Assembly: GCA_963717145.1 (NCBI GenBank)
Contig: OY970325.1
Span: 3,136,001 to 3,200,000 of the forward strand
Direction of reading: 5' to 3'
DNA length: 64,000 nt
Source: an uncultured Armatimonadetes bacterium
GTDB taxonomy: Bacteria; Armatimonadota; UBA5829; DTJY01
Below, piece by piece: positions 56,381 through 64,000 of this stretch. Within the stretch, counting starts at the first letter, position 1. Each line of letters begins with the position of its first letter. A model generated the notes under the pieces. That model was not told the origin of the DNA and did not search any database. It was given only the letters and a program-made list of their open reading frames with translations. The translations under genes were made by a program, and so were the position numbers.

Positions 56381-57226
56381 ATGAAACTCGGATATCTGAC
56401 GAATTTCAATGAGGACGAGTTGAAGCTCGCCTCGGACATCGGCTTCGACGGCCTGGAGGTCCATGCCAAGTCGTGGCCTGCTGAGGACCTGCAATCGGCC
56501 GATCGGCGCAAGGAGGCTGCGGCAAGGGCCGTTGCCCTGTCGGCGAAGTATGGAATAACGGTGACGGCGCTGGCCATGTACGGCAGCCCGTCCGAGCCGC
56601 AGGAGCGCATAGCAGCTTACCGGACCGTCATCGAGTTCTGCGCGGCGATGCAGGTCCCGGCGCTCGCCACTCTTACCGGCGGCAATCCGGACGCCGGACC
56701 GGGCGATAACGTGAAGCTGTGGGCTGAGGTGTTTTCTGAGGTCGCAAAGATCGCCGAGGACAACAACGTGAAGATCGCCTTCGAGAACTGGCCCGGCTTC
56801 GGACCTGTGCCGCCGTGTAAGAGCACGCAGTTCGGGTTCAACCCGGCCGCCTGGGAGATGATGTTCAACGCGGTCGACTCGCCGGCGCTTGGGTTGGAGT
56901 TCGATCCTTCGCACCTGGTCTGGCAGCAGGTCGACTACATCGGCGCGGTGAAACGCTTCGGGCCGAGGATTCACCACGTCCACCTGAAGGACACGGAGAT
57001 CCTGGAGGATGCGCTCGCCGAGCACGGCTCGTTCGGCGGAGGTTGGTGGCGATACCGAATACCCGGGTTCGGACTGGTGGACTGGATGGGCTTCTTCTCG
57101 GCGCTCTATGAGGTGGGCTACGACGGTGGGACGGCGATCGAGCACGAAGACGGCGTCTTCTCGGGTGCACGGCGCGCGGACGGCCTCAAGCTGGGGTACA
57201 ACTACCTCCGCCCGATGATTCTGTAA
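56381..57226 (+). CDS. Sugar phosphate isomerase/epimerase (xylose isomerase-like TIM barrel)
   Basis: GFDGLE, IAFENWP, LEFDPSHL, HVHLKDT, YRIPGFGLVDW, IEHED. Confidence 0.93.
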   Translation: MKLGYLTNFNEDELKLASDIGFDGLEVHAKSWPAEDLQSADRRKEAAARAVALSAKYGITVTALAMYGSPSEPQERIAAYRTVIEFCAAMQVPALATLTGGNPDAGPGDNVKLWAEVFSEVAKIAEDNNVKIAFENWPGFGPVPPCKSTQFGFNPAAWEMMFNAVDSPALGLEFDPSHLVWQQVDYIGAVKRFGPRIHHVHLKDTEILEDALAEHGSFGGGWWRYRIPGFGLVDWMGFFSALYEVGYDGGTAIEHEDGVFSGARRADGLKLGYNYLRPMIL

Positions 57227-57232
57227 CATCAT

Positions 57233-57297
57233 GTAGTGGCCGTGCCTCTGTGCCGGCCATGAGGAACCGCTGGCCGGCACAGAGGCACGGCCACTAC
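57233..57297. repeat. GTAG REP-like doublet (GTAGTGGCCGTGCCTC family)
   Basis: GTAGTGGCCGTGCCTCTGTGCCGGCCA / TGGCCGGCACAGAGGCACGGCCACTAC. Confidence 0.92.
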
Positions 57298-57319
57298 GCA
57301 ATATTCCCGCAAGATAAGG

Positions 57320-57349
57320 TGTAACGATCAGCCAACTGGGTACGTCTAA
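57320..57349 (+). promoter_or_regulatory. Putative ECF-sigma promoter heading the STN-sigma-anti-sigma operon
   Basis: TGTAAC-N17-CGTCTAA, matching the SigX/SigW-type (AAC / CGT) ECF pattern. Confidence 0.65.
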
Positions 57350-57459
57350 ACAATAGAAAAGCGCACTGAGGTGTCCCGCGCGGGGCGGCCTCGGCGGCAC
57401 ACGATGTTTGTCTCCCACAACCGGGGAGATTGGCAATCCAAAACAGGAGGGGATGCAAG

Positions 57460-58232
57460 ATGCCAGCAAGACAAAGTGTATTACTCTATCTATTCGCGGC
57501 GGTTCTCGTCGCGGCATCAATGGGGACTGGTTTGACACAGATGGTCGCAACGGCCGAGAAGCCCATCAGTGTCAGCCTGCAGGATGTGCCCGTTCGGACC
57601 GCGATAGACACGCTCTTCCGCGAAGCGGGCCTGAACTACGCGTTCGAGGGGAGCATCTCAGGCGTGGTGAACGTGAACCTCCAGGATGTCCCGTTCGACC
57701 AGGCCCTGCAGGTCGTTCTTCGAAGCGCCGGGCTGACCATGCGCCGGGAGAACAACACCTACATGATCGGCCCCAAGAAGGAAGCAGCGGTGGCTGCGGA
57801 GACCTCGACCGGTCTCGTCTATGAGGACAACACCGAGATCACGCGCAGCACATCGCTGGAGAAGATCCGAATCAACTTCGCCGACGTGAATGAGATCGGC
57901 GCCATCTTCGGCTCCCAGTACGGTGGAGGCATGGGCGGCATGGGCGGCGGCATGATGGGTGGCTACGGCGGCATGATGGGCGGCATGGGCATGATGGGCG
58001 GCATGGGCGGCGGCATGATGGGCGGGGCATGATGGGCGGCTATGGCGGCGGCATGGGCGGCTATGGTGGCGGCATGGGCGGCTACGGTGGCGGCATGGGC
58101 GGCTATGGCGGCGGCATGGGCGGCTACGGTGGCGGCATGGGTGGCTACGGCGGCGGCATGGGCGGCTACGGTGGCGGCATGGGTGGCTACGGTGGCGGCA
58201 TGGTCGCCGGCGGTGGCGGCAGGCGCTGGTAA
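57460..58232 (+). CDS. Exported STN (secretin/TonB N-terminal) domain protein with Gly/Met/Tyr-rich tail (frameshift near 58026)
   Basis: Signal peptide; ISVSLQDVPVRTAIDTLF..VNVNLQDVPFDQALQVVLRSAGL; no secretin core; the GGM tail continues in ORF 58029-58232. Confidence 0.78.
58033..58202 (+). repeat. 21-bp coding tandem repeat encoding about (MGGYGGG)x8
   Basis: ATGGGYGGCTAYGGYGGCGGC units varying only at synonymous positions. Confidence 0.92.
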
Positions 58233-58287
58233 GTCACACCGCTGACTGCGTTCAGCGCCTTTTCGTTTGATCAGGAGTGCTCTGTGC

Positions 58288-58860
58288 ATGGAGTTCCACG
58301 ATGGCTTGGAGGTAAACTCCGGCGGGACCGATCCCGATCTGGTGCTCGTCCGGGAGTTTGCCTCCGGGCAGGTGGACGCGTTCGACCGAATTTACCATCG
58401 ACACAGCGGCTTCGTCTATAACACATGCATTGGGATACTCGGCGATCCCGACGATGCGCGGGATGCCATGCAGGAGACGTTTGTTCAGCTCTTACGATCT
58501 CTGCCGGCCTTTCGAGGACAGAGTCAGTTCTCCACATGGCTATATCGCATCACTGTGAATAAGTGTATGGACCTGCTCCGTCGTAAGCCGAAGCAGGAGG
58601 TTACGGATTCGATAGAATGGGCTTCAACTGAACCGCCGAGGTCTGACGGCTTGTTCGAGCAGCAGGTCAGGCTGACCATTCTAAGGCTGAAGCCCGAGTA
58701 CCGGGCCGTCCTGGTGCTCTACTACTTCCAGCAGCTTTCCTATGACGAGATAGCCGAAAGCCTCGGATGCTCCTTCGACCAAGTGCGCATCAGATTGCAC
58801 AGAGCCCGAAAGGCATTTCGGACGTTTTACACCGAGGGGGGTGGTGACATTGAAATGTAA
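58288..58860 (+). CDS. ECF RNA polymerase sigma-70 factor
   Basis: DARDAMQETF, FRGQSQFSTWLYRITVNKCMD, LSYDEIAESLG..VRIRLHRAR. Confidence 0.95.
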   Translation: MEFHDGLEVNSGGTDPDLVLVREFASGQVDAFDRIYHRHSGFVYNTCIGILGDPDDARDAMQETFVQLLRSLPAFRGQSQFSTWLYRITVNKCMDLLRRKPKQEVTDSIEWASTEPPRSDGLFEQQVRLTILRLKPEYRAVLVLYYFQQLSYDEIAESLGCSFDQVRIRLHRARKAFRTFYTEGGGDIEM

Positions 58861-59686
58861 GCAAGTCTCCGATCTAGTCTCCCGGTTCACGGACGGGCTA
58901 CTGCCTGCGGACAAGGCTGAACAAGTCCGACTCCACATCGAGGGTTGTGCCTGCTGCAGGGCGGAAATGGCTGCCGAGCAGGTCTCGTCCAGAGCACTCA
59001 GCAGGCCCATGACGTCCTTCGAACCGCCGGACATCCTCGCTCAGGTGAAGAGTCGCGTGAGTCACAGGCCGTCTGCACGACCTCGATGGCAATGGGCATC
59101 CGCGGGTCTCGCCGCGGCATGCGCTTTGACCTGGTTCTCGCTGAGCCTCATGCACGAGAGTCCATCTCCTGGACAGACACCACCGAGCGTCGCAGCCAGG
59201 GAGACATCCCCGACCCAGCAGCCCCCAGTGCTGAAGATCGATCCTGAGCAGACCGTCACACCGGAGAAGGCCATCCGTCCGTCGAAGGCGAAGAGCGTCG
59301 TCGCACATGGCCGATCACCTAAGCCGAGGAAATCGGTCGTGCGCCACACGCCGAGGCCGGTCGCTTCCCCGCCGGAGATCGAATACATGGTGGTGTACCA
59401 ACACCCGGACCTCGGCGATGGAGTCCGAGTCGCGACGAGTGATGGTACCGGCGTCCCCGATCCTGTGAGTGCGATAACGAGTTCATATACGATCCGCATG
59501 ACCGATGAGTCAACCGGACTGGTAACAGATGTTTCGGCCTACAGCAATTCCGACGGCGAGACCGAGGAAAGCGCAACAGTCAAGTTCCGCAGTGACCCGC
59601 CGAACGTTGACGAGCCTGAAAGGAGTTCGACGGATGAGAAACCGCTGCCTACTCTCAGCGGCGCTCCTCGTAGCGATATGTGCTAG
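58850..59686 (+). CDS. Zinc-binding (zf-HC2/ZAS) membrane anti-sigma factor
   Basis: MKCKQV..HIEGCACC (HxxxCxxC), TM WASAGLAAACALTWFSL, Pro-rich extracytoplasmic part; overlaps the sigma stop. Confidence 0.88.
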   Translation: MKCKQVSDLVSRFTDGLLPADKAEQVRLHIEGCACCRAEMAAEQVSSRALSRPMTSFEPPDILAQVKSRVSHRPSARPRWQWASAGLAAACALTWFSLSLMHESPSPGQTPPSVAARETSPTQQPPVLKIDPEQTVTPEKAIRPSKAKSVVAHGRSPKPRKSVVRHTPRPVASPPEIEYMVVYQHPDLGDGVRVATSDGTGVPDPVSAITSSYTIRMTDESTGLVTDVSAYSNSDGETEESATVKFRSDPPNVDEPERSSTDEKPLPTLSGAPRSDMC

Positions 59687-60508
59687 CCTCGCATCGGCCC
59701 AGGGCATGAGCACACCTGTGCCGGCGGTCAGGATTGATGAGCCGCGGGTGGTCGCGCTCCAACTGGACAACGTCAGTGTTCTGCAGGCTCTCGACATCCT
59801 GCTCAAGGGAACGGGCCGAAACTATCGGCTGATGCCGGGCGCTCGTGTGGACGGCATGGTTACCGTGAATTTCCGAGACGTGCCGTTGGACGGCGCGGTG
59901 AAGATAGTGCTCCGGAGCGCGGGGCTCCAGGCGGTCAGGGAGAACCGCACCTACATGATCGAGCCGATTCTGGTTCCGATGAAGCAGCCGGCGGCAGTCC
60001 TGGCGCAACAGGTGCCGCCGCTGATGTTTCCCGGACCCCCGATCGGTTCCGTAGACGTCAAGCCCTCGGGCGCGCGGGCCGGAGGACAGAAGTTCGACAT
60101 CCTGCTCGACAAGGCTAATGTGCTCGAGGCGATGCGTCAGATACTCGAGGTCGCTGGCCAGAACTATGTCATTGATACCGGACTGAATTCCGCGTGGGCG
60201 GGTCCGCTCGGTCCGAGGATCAGCGCGCGGATGAGAGGCATGCCTCTTGACGACGCGCTGCAAGCCCTCGCGAAGAGTGCGAGCCTCGTAATGATGAAGG
60301 TCGGCAGCGCGTATACCATCCGCCCGCCGGATGGCGCGATCCCGCTCTCCTACGCGATTGGCGGCAAGGTCGGCAAGAGCGACCAGATAGCGCCCCCGAC
60401 CCTCGCGCTACCCCTCTGCGCCCAGTGCAGCCGGCCTCTCGACCCGGCCTGGCTGTTCTGCCCGTCATGCGGTCTGCAGGTCCCGCTCCCGCACCGACCG
60501 CCAAGTAG
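59634..60508 (+). CDS. Exported tandem-STN domain protein with C-terminal zinc ribbon (stop reached only via a probable frameshift near 60490)
   Basis: AAAGGAG RBS, signal peptide, two STN-like repeats (VTVNFRDVPLDGAVKIVLRSAGL; ISARMRGMPLDDALQALA), CAQC..CPSC; TAG at 60506 in the -1 frame (..PAPTAK*). Confidence 0.72.
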
Positions 60509-60517
60509 ACGCAACAG

Positions 60518-60615
60518 TGGGAGGGCGAGGCTCCGTCTCGAGCCGGGATGCTTCGGCAGCAGAACGAAGTGGCGCTACCGAAGCATCCCGGCTCGGACGG
60601 AGCCTCGCCCTCCCA
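60518..60615. repeat. REP-like inverted doublet
   Basis: TGGGAGGGCGAGGCTCCGTCTCGAGCCGGGATGCTTCGG / CCGAAGCATCCCGGCTCGGACGGAGCCTCGCCCTCCCA. Confidence 0.9.
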
Positions 60616-60818
60616 TTGCATACCAACCCCCCTTTCCTCGACGGCAAACCCTCCCTTCGCTTGTCCTGAAACTAATTCCCTCGCGAATTCACCTGTTTTT
60701 TCTACAGAAGAGCTTTTTGGCCCGAAACTTGCACTATGACCTTTCTGAATCAACCTTGCTACAGCCGGTATGGCGGCGGCCTGATCGGGGCTGGGTCTGT
60801 GCAGAAAGGTCGTGGTAT

Positions 60819-61646
60819 ATGATGAAAGCCCGATTCTACGTCGGAACGTTCTTGTTTGTAATGGCGCTCAGTTGCTCTACACTGGTGCAGGCAGCCGGTG
60901 TGCCTCCGGGATCGTTCATAACCAAGAGTGTCAGCAACCCTGAGGCGCTCGCGAAGCTCATCGAGCAGGACAAGAAGGTGAGCCAGAGGTACTCTCGGCA
61001 CTTTGGGATGACCGCAAAGGACATGGCGGATTACGTGCGGAAGAACCTCAAGGTTTCGCAGTTGAAGACTTCGTGCACCTTTACAACCTACTACATCACC
61101 ACCGGTGATCACATCCTCGTGCACAAGAAGAGCTTCAAGGCCGGCCGCAAGGTGTTCGTCGCCCCGGACGGCAAGCCTGTGCTCGATGTCTTGTGCGGCA
61201 ACCCACTGGTTCGAACCTTGCCCAGGATCGTCGTCAAAGTGATGCCGAAGACGGAAGAGATCGCCGTTCAGCCGCCTCCCGCGGCCGTGGAGACTCCCCC
61301 AGCCGTGCAGCCGCCCGTGGTAGCCGAGCTTCCGACGACGCCACCGCAGTTCGAGGCTCCGGCTCCGGTAGCACCGTTGCCTGCGCCGCTTCCGGAGGTC
61401 GAGGTACTGAACCTGCCGCCGACCGAATTCAGTTCGGCAGCGTCGCTGTTCAGCAACGCTCTCGTTCCGGGTCTCCTCGCGGTCGGCGCAGCATCCGCGG
61501 TGTTCAGTGGGGGGAAGAAGACCAATGATCAGCCGCCTGTCCCTGAGCCGAGCGGCCTGATCATCCTGGGATCGTCGTCGTTCACAGCATTGATGGTGGG
61601 ACTTCGCAATCGGCGAAGAAGCAGCCACAGCACATCACGCAGCTAA
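60819..61646 (+). CDS. PEP-CTERM sorted surface protein (DUF6777-like CGNPL domain)
   Basis: Own RBS and signal peptide MMKARFYVGTFLFVMALSC; DGKPVLDVLCGNPL; C-terminal VPEPSG + TM + RNRRR. Confidence 0.85.
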   Translation: MMKARFYVGTFLFVMALSCSTLVQAAGVPPGSFITKSVSNPEALAKLIEQDKKVSQRYSRHFGMTAKDMADYVRKNLKVSQLKTSCTFTTYYITTGDHILVHKKSFKAGRKVFVAPDGKPVLDVLCGNPLVRTLPRIVVKVMPKTEEIAVQPPPAAVETPPAVQPPVVAELPTTPPQFEAPAPVAPLPAPLPEVEVLNLPPTEFSSAASLFSNALVPGLLAVGAASAVFSGGKKTNDQPPVPEPSGLIILGSSSFTALMVGLRNRRRSSHSTSRS

Positions 61647-61653
61647 TCCTTCT

Positions 61654-61712
61654 GGAGTGCGGTGGCTTGACACCGCTTTGGGATGGAAAGCGGTGTCAAG
61701 CCACCGCACTCC
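61654..61712. repeat. REP-like inverted doublet (GGAGTGCGGTGGCTTGACAC family)
   Basis: GGAGTGCGGTGGCTTGACACCGCTTT / AAAGCGGTGTCAAGCCACCGCACTCC; second copy at 63120-63202. Confidence 0.9.
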
Positions 61713-61937
61713 GAAGGACGGCAATTCGGGCACCTTCCAGCGACTTGCGCAGATTCGTTTCCGATCGGGATTCCGCAGGGTATAATGAAAACAACCGGCC
61801 GCACCCGATCCGAATCTGCAATGCGAGGATATAGTGTCGCTGGACCTCTGGTAATGGCGCAGGAAGCGGTTTTCTAAGCCACGGAACCGATCGCAATCGA
61901 TAGGCGCTTCGGAGACGCATGAGAGGTAGGTGCACCA

Positions 61938-63113
61938 ATGCGATATGTAAAGCGTTCGGCCAGCCTCGTTGTTTCGCTCATTGCGGTGCTGCTGGCGATA
62001 CTGCTCATATCGCCGACGGCATTTGCACAAAACCTTGGAGACCCCGAGATCAAAATGGGGCGCAAGGCCGCCACCGAAGTGGAGAAAGACTGCAAACTGG
62101 TCGATGATCCCGCCATCGTGCAACGGATCGAGATTATTGGCAACGCGATTGCCGAAATCGCCAACTCCCTCGAGGTAGAATCCACCTACGGCAGCAGTCG
62201 GATCACCCCGTTCAAGTATACGATCAAGGTGATCGACGATGAGGAGACGAACGCCTTCTGCCTGCCAGGCGGGTATGTCTACGTCAACAAGGGCCTCCTC
62301 GACGACGTTCAGTCCGATCACGAACTCGCGGGCGTCCTCGCCCACGAGATCGCTCATGCTTCCCACCACCACATGGCCTATATGCTGAAAGAGCAGAGCA
62401 AGCTCGATGGACGCATCGCGCTAGTGCTCATTGCCGGCATTCTGGGCAACATGGATGCCCAAGACCTCGGTCAGGTTCTGATGGGGGCACAACTGGTGCG
62501 GATAGCATACTCCAGCGGATACGGGCAGAAAGCCGAAGAGGACGCGGACAGAGCAGCCATTATGTACCTGAACAAGGCCGGGTACAACCCCGTCGGTTTG
62601 CTGACATTCATGGAACGCCTCGCGCGCGGTTACGCGGAGGAGACCCCAGATCGATCTGGGTATCTACCGCACTCATCCCCTTTCACGCGACCGTGCCAAG
62701 GCCATGATCGCCCAGATCGAGAGCCTCGGCCTCCCCATCAAGCGACGTGAGGTAACAGATGCGATCAAGGCCGTGACGGAGAGCGTCGGCGGAGACGACA
62801 AGGCGCTGAGTTGCGTCAAGCTCGCGGACAGCGTTGTATTCGAGCCGGCGGCGATCGGCGAGACCCTGACTTCCGAACAGCGCGCTCAAACCATCGCTGC
62901 CAAGATCAACCAGGCGCTGGATCAGGAACCGCAGTTCCGACAGATCAAGCTCGACTCGGACAAGCGCACGGTAATGGCGCGCGGGGAACCCTTGATCGTT
63001 GTGACCGATGAGGATGCGGCGCTGAACGGGAAGCCGGTCCCGGAACTCGCTGAGCAGGCCGCCGAGCCCTCCGGACCTTCATCTGGAGGCAGGCCCTTCT
63101 GTCGATGTATTGA
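61938..63113 (+). CDS. Exported M48 family zinc metallopeptidase (frameshifts near 62642 and 63067)
   Basis: NAFCLPGGYVYV, ELAGVLAHEIAH, AEEDAD, AGYNP; the conserved THP..R is in the next frame; probable end ..RTFIWRQALLSMY* at 63113. Confidence 0.85.
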
Positions 63114-63119
63114 TTCCTC

Positions 63120-63202
63120 GGAGTGCGGTGGCTTGACACCACCTTGTATCTCTAATGGCTATTGCACCCGGGATGCAAGGCGGTGTCAAGCCACCGCACT
63201 CC
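63120..63202. repeat. REP-like inverted doublet (GGAGTGCGGTGGCTTGACAC family)
   Basis: GGAGTGCGGTGGCTTGACACC...GGTGTCAAGCCACCGCACTCC. Confidence 0.9.
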
Positions 63203-63277
63203 AGGGAGCCCCTGTTGTTTGGCGCATCTCCCCTACCTGGGTATACCTCTGTAAATCCACTACACGGAGGTGTAATT

Positions 63278-63962
63278 GTGATCAGGAAGACTCTCTGCGT
63301 TTTGGCAGCCGTGCTTCTACTGGCGCTGCCGGTTCTTGCCCAGAATGAGCCGAACATGGGCGGAGGAATGCCTCCCGCAATGGGAATGCCCGGCATGGGC
63401 GGTGGCGGCATGATGGGTGGCATGGGTGGCGGCGGTATGATGGGTCACATGGGCGGTGGTGGCATGATGGGCCCGGGCGGCATGGGGCCGGATCAGTGTC
63501 TCATGATGCACATCCAGTCACTCGGACTCACTGACGACCAGATGGGCCGACTACGCCCCATCATGACCGACTACCAGAAGGAGAAGATCAACCTTAGCGG
63601 CCAGATCCAGATCAAGGAGATCGATCTCCACACCATAATGATGGCGGACACTGTGGACATGAAGAAGGTGGAAGCCCAGGTGCGCGATATCAATCGCCTG
63701 CAGGGTGACCTCCAACTGGCTCGGGATCCAGGCATTCCTTGCCGGAAAGAAGATACTTACCCCGGAGCAGATGCGGATGCTCCACCAGCAGATGGGGATG
63801 TGCATGGGCTCATGCCCGATGATGGGCGGAGGAATGCAGATGCCAATGATGGGCGGTCAGGGCATGATGGGAGGAGGAATGCCCGGAATGGCCCCCGGAC
63901 AGATGTCGCCCGGTCCCGGAGGCCCGATGAAGCCTCCCACTCCGCCGGCCGGTCGGTACTGA
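63278..63962 (+). CDS. Spy/CpxP (LTxxQ) family periplasmic protein with Gly/Met-rich termini (frameshift near 63724)
   Basis: GGAGGT RBS, GTG start, signal peptide, LGLTDDQ and ILTPEQ motifs; the second motif is in ORF 63705-63962. Confidence 0.82.
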
Positions 63963-64000
63963 CAGCCGGTTTAGCGCTGGTTTGTGTCGGGTACACATCT

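Noticed and set aside
60724-60748. sigmaE-like promoter (GAAACTT..TCTGA) before the PEP-CTERM gene
   Set aside because: The spacer is only 13 bp, shorter than expected.
59529-61646. 705-aa STN-PEP-CTERM fusion in the ORF track
   Set aside because: The middle reads through a REP palindrome and AT-rich intergenic-like DNA, a second RBS and signal peptide begin at 60819, and a TAG lies one frame off at 60506. Two genes joined by an indel is more likely.

Overview
A GC-rich bacterial chromosome segment. PEP-CTERM, TIGR03790, stand-alone STN proteins, URO-D-family enzymes and the gene order suggest an Armatimonadota-like diderm (inference). From left to right it contains: the 3' end of an IS3-family element; a ferritin pair; a minus-strand sugar/aminocyclitol cluster (Gfo/Idh/MocA, heparinase II/III-like, URO-D family, BtrR/StsC-like aminotransferase, AAC(3)-TIM-barrel fusion, GH2, cyclase); a GAF-PAS-PP2C phosphatase and mpg; a heme/NAD region (ahbC, cobA-hemD, nadB, hemC) interrupted by accessory genes (DUF5677/HEPN-like, a four-helix-bundle gene in heptamer inverted repeats, GmrSD); a sulfatase; a NikR-controlled ECF-type nickel transporter operon; the ftsY-ffh-rpsP-khpA-ylqD-rimM-trmD-rplS-lepB-lepB-rnhB-yraN block; TIGR03790; an SbcCD-like (YhaN/YhaO) pair; rpsT; a C39 peptidase, WYL regulator and two-component genes; qNor; radC; and an ECF sigma/anti-sigma locus flanked by soluble STN-domain proteins, followed by PEP-CTERM, M48 and Spy-like genes. 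Many intergenic regions carry a palindromic element (GTAG-REP-like doublets or 6-9-mer tandem inverted repeats), and several of these supply stop codons or sit in-frame in a gene. About 11 single-base frameshifts in otherwise intact genes most likely reflect long-read indel errors. No rRNA, tRNA or CRISPR array was recognised. All family calls come from reading motifs by eye, not from database searches.
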